Source: Phoronis australis (lineage: Eukaryota; Animalia; Phoronida). Taken from it: DNA of 59,088 nt. A model generated the notes under the pieces. That model was given only the letters and a program-made list of their open reading frames with translations, had not been told where the DNA came from and did no database searches. The position numbers were made by a program, and so were the translations under genes. Positions 38,381-49,820 of this stretch are shown here, piece by piece; position 1 is the stretch's first letter; each line of letters opens with the position of its first letter. The DNA is taken from assembly GCA_002633005.1 (NCBI GenBank), contig NMRA01000138.1:531970-591057 (forward strand), given 5' to 3'.

Positions 38381-41300
38381 TTACTGACAGGATGACATTA
38401 GGCCAGCTACACCTGAAAATAAAAGATCACACACAGTTCGTAATAACAGCACACAGTTTACAAACACACCAACAGCTTTGCTACAGGTTGAGAATAATCG
38501 CTGAAGGGAGAGAAGATGTGGAGCGACTACCTGGTGTATAATAAAAATTTCATATCTCATGCACGTGTTACAGTCATGGCACTAGAGGAAAGAAACTTGA
38601 CTTTAATTTACATCTAACATGACTGGTTGCTTCAAGATTGCTTGTGACAAACATTATAATGTAACAAGAGCAAAGCCAAGAATTGACATGCCTCGCAAAC
38701 GGTATGCTTCTAGGAGTGTGTGTTAGTAGTATCATAAAAATAACCATATGGTGGCACAGAATATGCTACACCCGTACGAAAATGGCAATGGTTTGCCATC
38801 TCCCTAATAGAATCCTATTTGCCAAATTTCATGAAAATCCGTCAAAGAATTCCCAGAGATACACTAGAGGGCTCAACAGCAGTCAGATCTGTCAGAAATT
38901 TATGGTTATACTCTGTCACATTAAAAAAAAAAACTTGCCAAACTTCACACAGGCCCCTGCAACGGGTTAAGAAGATACAACAAAATGGCCACATGGGGTG
39001 CCACAGTAGTCGTACTCGTTCAAAATGAATGTCATCTCTTGTCTCGGCAGGAAACTGCCAATTTTTATTATACTTTGAGCCATTTTGCAGATAGGCAAAA
39101 GCAACAAAGGAACTGTAAATAATTGCAAGTAGGTGGAACAGAATACACCGGCAACTTGGTCTCAACAGAAACCTTATTGTCAAATTTCATGAAAATATGT
39201 CAAGAAACCCATTGTGAAGATACAGACTGAAGTTAACGTAACAATCTAAAATTGCTACTAGGATTCACAGCAGCATCTTCAGCCTACCACCCGTAATTTT
39301 TTATAAGTTAAAAATGCAACCACCCGTAATTTTTTTTGTTCTTGTGGTCGACTGCACAGGCGCTTGAGTTTATCTGTTCCTCCATCACCACTAACGTCAT
39401 TAATTACTAAGAAAACATATGTTTCTTATATATCATGGTTATTAGCCATCGAGAAATTCGAGTACCTGTGGTTAACTGGTGTTACGGGCATGCCGATGAG
39501 GAGATCGGAGGGAGTGAAAAAGTTGGAGCTTTTTGCAAGTTGCATTTTGTTTCAGTTGTTGATTCTGTGCGGATTGTTTATAAAATTTACTAAAATTACC
39601 CACCATCAAACATTTATGGCCTAATGAAACAACAACAACCTGTAAATTTTTATTTTTTTGAAGTACGACCACCAGCCATTTTGAATTTAAATCAAACGCA
39701 ACCACCCATAAATTTTTATTTCAGTTGCCTTCCCCTCCTCCCACACAGATTTTGCTGGAACAGCCCTTACCCGTTGCCACATTCATACAGATAAACTTGA
39801 CAAATTTCAAAGATCCTGAAAGGGTTAGACATCTACAGATGCAAAAACACAAAACTGTCACTAGGGTACTCCACAGCAATTTTACCAATTCAAAAATCAA
39901 CGACAGTAATGGTCTTCTTGGCAGTAACACAACCAGTTGCAATTTTTCTGAATTTTCTTCAATCAGACTGGCAGATAGAGAATTATAAAAATGGCCACAG
40001 AATCCGTCTTAAAATGGAAAGGTGTCGTCTTCTGTTTAACAGAAACCTACTTGCCAACTTCATGAAAATCCGTCAAGGAACTCTGAAGAAACAGAGGCAA
40101 ATGTAAAATACTAAACTGCCAACAGGAGGCACAGCAGTAGTCGGATAGGTCTTAAAGTTGTCATCACTTGTCAGCTCCATAGGGACACATGCCAATTTTC
40201 ATGAAGAACCTCCAAAGGGGTTTTGGAGATACAGCAACGTACATCCAGACAGAGACAATGGCAACATATGCATATTTGGATGTGTTAAAATGAAAGCACC
40301 CCGAGCAGCCACACTTTAATAGGGAAATCAACTCAAGAAGTGAGTATGACAATGATGAACCAAGTTGTAGTGAAAAACAAATGGCACAGCGTTTTTATCT
40401 CTTGATGACATCTATCCAAATGTCAATTCTCAGAAACAACGATTAAAGGACGACCCGAGTTCTGGGACCGAAAAGCTAAAAAAACACTTTGTAACTGAAA
40501 ACAGACCTCAAGTTATCGAGGACGTATGTATTGTGCATAAATTTTATTTCAATAAAGTACGAAATGCAGTTGGAATCATGTGAACAAACTCACTTCACAA
40601 CAGAGTAAGGTAGTAAGGTTCTTTGCAAAATTTCATTTTGCCAACTAAGAGAAACAGCTATTCATACGTACTCTGAAACAGCTACTCAGACATACTCTCA
40701 AACAGCTATTCACACATACTCTCAAACAGCTATTCACACATACTCTCAAACAGCTATTCACATATACTCTCAAACAGCTATTCACACATACTCTCAAACA
40801 GCTATTCAGACACACTCTCAAACAGCTATTCATACCTACTCTCAAACAGCTATTCATATATACTCTCAAACAGCTATTCACACATACTCTCAAACAGCTA
40901 TTCATACATACTCTCAAATGTGATCTTCTCAGTGATGTTTTTGGTTTTAATGTTCTCTTCCTGGTTACTAACAAAGACTGTAGATCCTTGCTGCTGCCAG
41001 CCGTATTTTTTTATCCACTGATCCACATGTGAATCTGTAAAAACAAAAGTGGGCAACTTGATTAACTACAAACACTTGAACCAAGTTAATGGACAAATCT
41101 CACCAATTTTGCATAAAAACAGTTGTCAAAATTGCTTTTTTTATTTTTTCAAGGTGTTGCTATGAATGTCATGTTTCTAAAAACATTGTACGATGGTATA
41201 CAATTTAGGCTGATAAAGTATTTGTTTTTTGATGAAAAAATAAATTTCACTTGTCACCATATCATGTTCTAAATTCGTGAGATTTCTCTATTTTAAAGGT

Positions 41301-44300
41301 GCTATAAACCTAGTCTTAAGTTAAAAAATAATTTAATTTAGAACACATCCTGTTACAAGACTGACTTAAACTTATTTCTTACCCATTAGAACAGATTTGT
41401 GGACTTACAAAGAATCTACAGTTCTTCAAGCCTCTAGAATGTGCTAAAAAAACTAGCAGGTGCCAGATGGTCATTCCACGACTCGAACGTAGTCTTACCT
41501 GCGATACCACCAAGTACCTCGGCCAGGTAGTCCTTTTCAATAGTCTGGTAGGATATACCAACAACGTGGCACACAACTGCAACACAACAGACATGATGAC
41601 TTCGTATTGCATACTAAAACATTTATTCACTAGGAGTTGCTATGGAGACCTTCCACCTTGTGTAAAAATTACTTTATTTATACCATTTACAATTATTTAC
41701 CACGGTGTCTTACATATTAGAAGCAATTTTTAAGCTTAGAAAAAAGTACACTATTGCTCGAGACCTAGCTCAATAAGTTGGCTTGACCTGTCGTGTAGTT
41801 TTATATGTCAAAAGAAATACAAAATGAACACTCAATAATTTGAAAGCCTGGGACTGATTTCAACTTTGAGTATGAAAGAAGTTGAGATTATCTTTATAAT
41901 GGCAAGGTGTCTAGATCAAAACTAGTTTTCACAGAAGACATAGGTACTGCCTGCTAATCACGCGTTGGGACTTGGGGTTCCATGAGTGGAAATTACAATT
42001 TTGATACAGACACGTTGGCTCCCTGACAAGAAATAGAAAAGGGACAAGATGGTATTGACTTCCACAACAGTGCGCCACCAGGGGTCATGATGTAGATAAC
42101 ATGGCAGTCACGATCAGAGGTAGTTACCAGAGCTTCAACAGTTTGACGGATGATTTTTAGAGCATAGGTGCGTTAATACCTGCATAGATCGACTGAAAGA
42201 TTTCATCAGAGTATGGTGAAATTTGACTAATCTAAAGGCCAGAGTCCAAAAATTAGAACTGGTCCGTGGACCTGTGACTCATACATATTAAACTTATGCA
42301 AGATTTACTGTAGTTTTAGTTGGTAACAGCAGGATTTGAAGGACAAAAATACTGTGAAACATTTACAGATTAGTCATACTGCAGATACTTTTTGCAACCA
42401 AATGTTCAACCACTTTCCTCTCAATGCTACATTTACTATCATGACAAAACTTGCTGACTTTGTCAATACTATGAGATGAACTTTGACACTTTGACCTACT
42501 ATTAATAGCAGTTAAGTACTGGTAATCGCAGTTTATAGCGCAATACTATCAAATGTTTTAAGTCTTGAAGATTTAAGGAAAACCATACACTTCCTGATGG
42601 AGTCCTCAAACCCTGTGATGCCATCTATCAGATCTGGAGTCATCTGCAACTCAAGCTGAAACAACAAAACAAATCATGCTAAACCCCTGCTTCTACAAAC
42701 TTCGGCTAGTAGTTTATTTTAACACAGATGCTGAATTGTGTTACCATGGCAACTATTTCATAATTAAAAGCGGGTATAAATCCATCTTCCATCACAAAAA
42801 AATTTTTAGATTTAAATCATTTGCCGTTATGAAATTGGTCTCAAAACTGTTGAGTTGTCACACGTCACTCAGAAACAGCAAAAATGGCCATTTGGGGGCC
42901 CAAATATGACGAATCTATTTGAAAACATGAAGTTGGTGTCATCTCTCTAACAGATACCTATCTGCCAAATCAACAACTTCACCTACCCAAAACAATGTAA
43001 ACTGGCACGTCTCCAACAGATCAGCCAAACCCATAATCTTTACCAGGGGCTCTTCCGATAACTACTGATTGTCAAGGAGAAACAAATTCTGAGCAATGCA
43101 AATAGATCTCAGCTTAATATTTATGAACAAGAATAATACAATAGTTTAATCAAGAGTGTGTCCACAGCATGTAAACAGATGTCTGAGGATACACAACAAT
43201 GCACATGATAGTTACCAGTAAATTACACCTTATTTGCATTTCCACCTTCTAGGTCAGCAATGAAGAAAAAAAACTAAGAAGTGTAAATGGCTTTACTCCG
43301 CGCGGCCACAAAATTCCAAAAATCTATGTGACAAGAGTTTAAGACACATATTCCTTAACTCATTACATACTTCATGACTACACTTATCATTAACAAGTAC
43401 CCCAACACAAAAGAATGTAGTAAAGGATACCCTTACGGCATCAATGAGGCATTTGCATAGGGTGAAGTCAGTGTGTGGGAGGTTTGTGAGAGACTTGAGG
43501 AGAATGGTGGCTGTGACGGTGCTGTTGAAGTAGCTAGGGTTGAACTGGTACCTGTGGATATAAGACAGTTCACAAATAAAGCTCTCCTCTATCTTTCTAT
43601 CTTTCTGAAACGCTGAATCTAGAAACAGACAGCCAGACATATTAAACTCAACACACATTTCATTTGCTCTCCTCTCTTGCAATTGGTTCCTACACTGAGG
43701 TTGAAACTGTTTGGCCATCAATAGTGTCAGTCACAATCCAAGAGGCCATGCACCAACAAGCCACAGACTGTTTAGACTGTTTTTCATAATGGCTCGAAGA
43801 AAAGTCTACAACCAGAAGGTACAACTGGCCGTTAATGAATGAGATTCAGTTTGAAAGCAGTGAACTGTTATGGTGAACAATTACACTAGTGCCCTGTGGT
43901 TAGTAGTCATGATAATGAATTCTAGGCGTGCATTCCATTGACTCCAGAACCACACAAAAACGCAACATCACAACACAAGAGTTCGCAAGATATTGCCATG
44001 TATTACAAAATTTTTGCACCTCCAGAACTCATCCCCGGTTATTTTCTTAGTATTGTACTTTAAAGGGTTATTTATTTGTACTCTTCAGCACAAAACTAAA
44101 TCTCACAATTTCAACACAGCCAAGTTAGCTTCCAGGTCGTATGTGTTTTCCCGCGCTTGCATGTCCACATAATGTTCAAGTGTAGCAAGATTTTCTGGGT
44201 TGTATCTGAAATTAAAAAATTACTAACATTATGATTGGTTTGACTTGTCTATGAAGGCCTCTGTGCAATAAGGGTAATAGTGATACCGGAGGACTTTGAG

Positions 44301-47300
44301 CATGTGACTAGCAAAGTTGACGTGTCAACCTAAACAGGCACCTCACTTAAGCTGTGCCTTCCGAGAGTGACAGGGCAAAATCTCCCTTCCCACAGTCACC
44401 CACCCCCGCCTGTTGAAGTGGAAATCATGATAGGAGTGTCCCATGACTGACGAAATATTAACAGAGGGAAATCTTCATGGAACGAAAACGGCGAGTTTTC
44501 TACCATAATTCAGCATACATATTTTCGGTAATTAACATGCATTTTCTCCGATGTTCATAATAAAGTTTTCAATCCTTCGCTTTGGCTTTTACTGGCAATC
44601 TTTGTCGAGATAATAACACTCACGAGCCAGTCGACATTGCCAAGACTGAGGAGTTACGAAGGAATAGGAATAGTCCTATAACAAACACTCACAGTCAGTA
44701 TAGATGTAAGAGCCTCTAATAGGTAAGTAGGTAGGCATGCAATGCATATTGAATCTTGATTGACTATATTTTAACTCGTTTTCGTCAGTGCTATGGAAAA
44801 GGTTGTCATGTATGGTTATAATAAACCAGAAAGTGATCGCAGGAGCGGCGGGTAACACACTTCAAAACAAAGACTGTAATCCAGAGCCAAAAATCCAATA
44901 TTGGAAAGAAATATCAAAAAGAGTGCATACCTTAGAATATACTTGTGTTTAGCTTTTGAATGGTCAAACAATGTTGACAGGTTAGGCTGCTCGTGCGGGA
45001 GAATACACACAGTTTAAGTAATCCACGTTTGCTCATTACGTCACTTTTAGGCTTTGGAAAAGGCCAAAAATTGACAGGACTTTCATCTCTGTCGGTATAA
45101 CGACTGTCTGAATTACACACACCACAACAACATCTCTTGGCCATTTAAAATGCACATTAATTGTAGTTGAACGTGATTTGTCCTACAGCCGCTAATGATT
45201 GTCGGACAAGATGGCGACTTGAACTGCAGTCTGGAGGAATGTACCAAATGCAGCATTCTGATTGGTCAATCATACCTGTCATTCATTTTCTGGTGTAAGG
45301 TCAATTATAGGAGCATAGGCGCTTATTAGGGTGAGTACGGTATGTGTTTTCAATGTTATTATTTATAAAATAATTTTGGCTAAAATGACATTGTACATTA
45401 CAATAAGAAATCAGTTCCAAGAAATATGGTATTTGACTATTTCACTTGCTGTGTGCACATGGACCGGTCTTCCGCCTTCCTTTTTCTTCTTTTCAGACTA
45501 GTCCACAAATTACTTTGTGCACAACCACACACTGTTATCTTTTGTCTAGTTGAATCGCAGAATGGGCGACATCTACTGAATTGGTAGGAGTGCACTGCGC
45601 TGATGTTTTTTTACTGCCGAAGCATCGACACACTGACCAAATTAAACTCAAATTCATGATAAAAACAGCACAAGGAGAGAATTTATTCATGTTCATCAGG
45701 GAAACGATAGAGTGCTTTTGCGCTCTGAAAATTCGCTCGTCACCTGGGCGACTGGCAAGTCAACTTCTACTCGCCCAGCACCATTTTTACTCACATTGGC
45801 GACTGGGCGAGTGGCCAAGTATATCCCTGGGTAATTGTATACAATATGACGACATTGACTTACACATATGATTTCGGTATTGTTCAATTCCTTGCAATGT
45901 TATCGTTCTAAAAATACAACGAATTTTTTCCTACCCCACTCCCTTAGTATTTTATCGTGAAATTTCTGCTCGCACTATTTCCCAGTACTCGGTATTAACA
46001 CCGCCATGTTGGAATGGAAGGAGTCACCTGGCGGTCAAAAACTGAACTAATCTACCGACTTCTGCAGATTGTCGCTTTTCATAGGTTCAAACTGACCAAG
46101 ACCTGTCTATCCCCTGCCTGAGTTACGGTCCCAAGGGTTCGAATTCGATCCTATGGTGACCCTGGTACACATCTGCTAGCAAGAATCCATGAAAAAGCGG
46201 AGGTTGTTTTTGAGGTCCAACTTGATGAAAAGGGTTTCACTTCAAACAATTTTCGAGGAAAAATGGTCAAATGGTCACAATTATAAAAAATTTGGAAAAG
46301 GTGAAATGCCGCTACATGTTTCTTCATATTATGTCGGGAAAACTTTAGCGGGAATCTCGCGCGGGCAAACACCATTCAGAATCGACGATGCTGTTTCATT
46401 CATTAAATACAGGTGTCGCTGTAATCTTGAGTTGAGCTAACATGGCGGTGTCAATCGGGAAATAGTGCGAACCGAAATTCAACGATAAATTACGGAGGAA
46501 ACGCGGTAGGGGATACATTCATGTATTTTTGGAAAGACAACGATGAAAGGAATCGGACAATACCAAAATCATATGTGTAAGTCAATGTCATCATATTGTA
46601 AATAATTACCCATCCCTGATAAGTAGACTGGAAATCACTCAGTCAACATAGACTGGTCAGACAAAAATGACATGCTAGCCAGTGCTGAGACGAGTGGTAT
46701 AGACTCTACTCACGCGGCGGACATTAAAATCCAAAGCGAGGCTCACTGCGATAAACAAAGCGGAAATTTACATTGCGTGAGTTAAATGGCCGGTCTTTGG
46801 AGTCCAACCTGAATATTAAACCACGGATTAGGTATCATGCTGAATGCAGGGTTACGTTTCTTCTAATAAATTCTTGACAAAAATGCTTTCTACATGAACC
46901 AGGTCATCTGGTCGTATTGTTGACGAGTTGAAGATATATTTTACAGTGGTGGCTCATAGCATTTTGCGGCAGTGCAATTAGTCTCATCTGGTTTAATTTG
47001 TTGATCAAGAGTAGGCCTATTACTAGCTTCAAGCATAGCCTAGGTCCTGGTGAGGTAGACACTATCGGGACTAACAATTGATTTGTCATTGATCTGAAAT
47101 AATACTTGATGTTATTAAATATATATATTGATTACGATAAAAAACTAGGCTCGCAATTGAAAATAAAAATTATATGACCATCAATTCTGCTTTCTTGGTT
47201 TTAATAATTATGTCTATTTCATGTGTTATATTTTTCAAATATCAATCTCGACCAAGTTGAATTTTAAAATTAAAACACCTATTCTTTCGTCCAAAGCATA

Positions 47301-49600
47301 ACCTTGTTTTAGAGCTCAATTTCAGTTAACTGGACAGAACACAGTGGCGGATTTATAGTGAGCCAAGGGGCTATGCCCCAGCCCCCCCCCAAAAAAAAAT
47401 TCTCCCACATTCCATTTGGCAGTTCAGGAGCGCGAACTTCTGACAGGCAACAAAGCATAGTTATCATGTTTCTTTAGAGGCCTCGTTTTCCGAGAGGAAA
47501 GGTGCCTCATGTGTTTGCGGCCTTCTGCGGGGAACGTTTCGCCGAGTTACGGATAATTGAAAACTCTACTGACCTCCCGATCACCATCAATAGCACCCCG
47601 CCCTTTTGCAAGCTCTCATAGCTCTGTCTCAAGTAGCATTTTCAGTGGCTGATCTAGGATACCATAAGTATAGGCCTAGTGACTGCATGCAGGGGGGCCG
47701 ACATCCTCGGAGAAGCGGCCGGGCAACTATAAGCGCGATTGTATGCACGCAGGCAGCCCGGAAGTTGCGGGCACCGAGGATGTATACCTTCTGCTCAGGA
47801 AATCTGTCGTTGCACTAAAAAAAATAAAACGGAACGCGTTTTCCCCCCTCGTCCGTTACCGGTCCTAGCTCGAACTCAGTACAAGTTTCCTCCCGCTTCA
47901 CGTCGCGTTTTGCTAATTATTTTGCTTGCGGCAGTCAAAGGGGGGGGGGACTGCCTCCTCCCCCTAAATCCGCCTATGATTTTGTACTTTTTCAAATTGT
48001 CACCTCTGTAGTCACAGGTGATTTTTCAGTTGGCCTCGTGGCCGGGAATTTCGCGTGATTTTTCAATATTTTGAGAGGGGAATAGGGCCGATATTTGGCC
48101 TCAAAATTGAGGGATTGAGAGCCCTGTCCTTTTTGTAAAGAAAAATGCATCGCGCTTCGTCATAAAAACACAGCCTGGCTGGCTGAAGATTCTCCGGTCC
48201 TCGTTAATTGCTATGGCGGTATCCAGTCGGAAGACAAATTATGATATGAAAACAGTAATAAATTTTACACGGACATATTTTCCTTCGTCGCGGCATATGG
48301 CAAGGACCCAACGCTTCTGAATCCAACGTCCTTAGGGATTGTAATATACAGAATGTCCGTATTTTTCTAGTTGTTCGAGCAACGCGGAGTACAACTACGC
48401 GGATAAGCTACCAAAGCTAGCCTCGTTTTGGAACGCGCCTCCTGTCGGCGTGAATAGGGTCTATGCGGTGGTTAGGCAATGACCATCGCCTCTGTTGGCC
48501 CGAACCAGAGGCGATGCAGAGGCTATAGGCGCTCTGTACGCCGGAAGCTTTTCGGCGAATTATGCCTCGCACCGACTAAACCATCAAAGTCACGTTGTTA
48601 TAAATACCTTTTGTGCATAGAGGAACACCTGAGGAGGTTGTTGATGTGTTTAATTCCTTCCAACTCGAACAAATACTCCCATTATCAAACTTTTTCTTCG
48701 AGCAGTCCCTATTTCAGTTCCCAAAATCGTGAACTCACCATTTTTATACTGCGCACGCTCCAATTTTTACCGCGCTCTTTAAATAGGCCAAAGGTGAGCC
48801 ATTGCGGTCTTGTCAGTCAAATGTTCGTTTCCAAAATGCCACCACTTATACTTGTCTTAATTGGCGTTACTTGAAACTGATTGTATTTCAATGAATTATT
48901 GTTTGTATTTGATAAAAATAAATGCTGTTGATATGACATTTAATAGTCTTTGTGCACATATTTGACATTTTAATGTTTAACAACACGGCAAATGCACGGC
49001 TGGTTCCCGGCAGCACGTACGCGAAGGGCGGGAACTTCAGCTTTCAAAGTTCGCCGGTAGGTCCGCAACTTCTGACCTTCGGCCTGGTTAAAAAAATGAA
49101 AATGTTGATTTCACGATTTTGGGAACTGAAATAGGGACTGCTCGAAGAAAAAGTTTCATAACGGGAGTATTTGTTCGAGTTGGAACTTCTGGAAGGAATT
49201 AAAGTTAAACACATCGACAACCTCCTAAGGTGTTCCTCTATACGCAAAAGGTATTTATAACAACGTGACTTTGATGGTTTAGTCGGTGCGAGGCATAATT
49301 CGCCGAAAAGCTTCCGGCGTACAGAGCGCCTATAGCCTCTGCATCGCCTCTGGTTCGGGCCAACAGAGGCGATGGTCATTGCCTATGCGTGGTGCCGTGG
49401 TATGCCCCGGCATATAACGTACTGAGCAGATTGGATGTCAATACATAAAAAACGCTCATAAAAACAATAGCATAATCATACCAATAAACATTTCCATTAA
49501 GTAATTCATAAAAACAAGAGAGAAAGAAACATAAGCGCGGTTAAAACCTGTCAATTCCTTTCAAAAGTGCAGCAACATTTGCCCTCATAGCGGCCGCCAT
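38381..49600 (-). CDS. EIF3K: Eukaryotic translation initiation factor 3 subunit K, ~215 aa
   Basis: 8 exons on minus: 49600-49548 ([18 protein letters not shown]), 44205-44107 ([10 protein letters not shown]...[12 protein letters not shown]), 43551-43431 (YQFNP...[14 protein letters not shown]), 43061-42987 ([10 protein letters not shown]), 42655-42589 ([11 protein letters not shown]), 41576-41499 ([11 protein letters not shown]), 41034-40912 (KYGW...[18 protein letters not shown]), 38412-38381 ([10 protein letters not shown]). Total 648 nt, in frame. Confidence 0.97.
38663..40290 (-). mobile_element. Helentron/DINE-like element (minus), probably with a nested insertion at ~39280-39780
   Basis: Plus strand starts aacaagagc (reverse complement of the family 3' end gctcttgtt) and ends atgcatatttggatgtgttaaaa; internal blocks aaatttcatgaaaatccgtcaa match the family. 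Confidence 0.6.
40651..40918 (-). repeat. 24-bp minisatellite, ~11 copies, containing the EIF3K exon 7 donor site
   Basis: Minus unit tttgaga|gtatgtgtgaatagctg; the first copy overlaps the exon end at 40912. Confidence 0.95.
43062..43430 (-). other. U12-type (minor spliceosome) GT-AG intron, EIF3K intron 3
   Basis: 5' splice site GTATCCTTT; branch sequence TCCTTGAC (plus 43071-43078) with the branch A 10 nt from the terminal TAG; no polypyrimidine tract between branch point and acceptor. Confidence 0.9.
44900..45305 (-). mobile_element. Decayed THAP-domain transposon 5' end (ISL2EU/Harbinger-like)
   Basis: ORF 45144-44932 [16 protein letters not shown]...FWPFPKPK, continuing after a frameshift as PHEQPNL...KHKYI (THAP C2CH-like signature); terminus-like gtgtaaggtcaat at ~45293-45305. 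Confidence 0.65.
45829..46611. mobile_element. Foldback/MITE with ~180-bp TIRs and 6-bp TSD
   Basis: atccct|gggtaattgtatacaatatgacgacattgacttacacatatgattt ... aaatcatatgtgtaagtcaatgtcatcatattgtaaataattaccc|atccct. Confidence 0.85.
47342..47976. mobile_element. hAT-like MITE
   Basis: cagtggcggattt ... aaatccgcct termini with G/C tracts; related ends at 50162-50473, ~52520 and ~53850. Confidence 0.55.
48475..49383. mobile_element. Foldback element with ~330-bp highly similar inverted arms, TA-flanked
   Basis: TA|ggcaatgaccatcgcctctgttggcccg... (48475-~48810) is mirrored at ~49058-49383 ...gatggtcattgcc|TA. This explains the two mirror ORFs in the track. Confidence 0.9.
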
Positions 49601-49820
49601 TTTGGTGACTTTTGGTTACTTTGTGATTGTCGTGAAACTTTGACTACTGCCATCTAGTGGTCAAAAGATCCCGAAGCTGCACTCGGCGCGGACTGCTGTC
49701 TGGACCATAGACATCACATCCAGTATTAAGATGTCCTATGGTCTGGACTGAGTAGCGAAAAAAAATCAAAACCAATAGCGGGGCCGCAGGAAGTGAGCGG
49801 ATTGGGCGGGGGGGGGGGGG
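49590..49820 (-). promoter_or_regulatory. Putative EIF3K promoter region
   Basis: CpG-richer segment; YY1-like AAAATGGCGGC over the start codon; CTCF-like ctgccatctagtgg at 49647-49660; CCAAT, ETS-like caggaagtg and a GC box at ~49772-49820. Confidence 0.45.
49706..49740. mobile_element. 35-bp P-element-like footprint/mini-element with 8-bp TSD
   Basis: gtctggac|catagacatcacatccagtattaagatgtcctatg|gtctggac. Confidence 0.7.

Noticed and set aside
40645-40974. Repetitive ORF (NSCLRVCV)n, and similarly the ORFs at 14436-14673
   Set aside because: These arise from 24-bp tandem repeats and are not in the EIF3K reading frame.
48479-49379. Two near-identical ORFs on opposite strands ([13 protein letters not shown]...) suggesting a paralog pair or toxin-antitoxin arrangement
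   Set aside because: They are the two arms of one inverted repeat; there is no recognisable domain and they diverge where the arms end.
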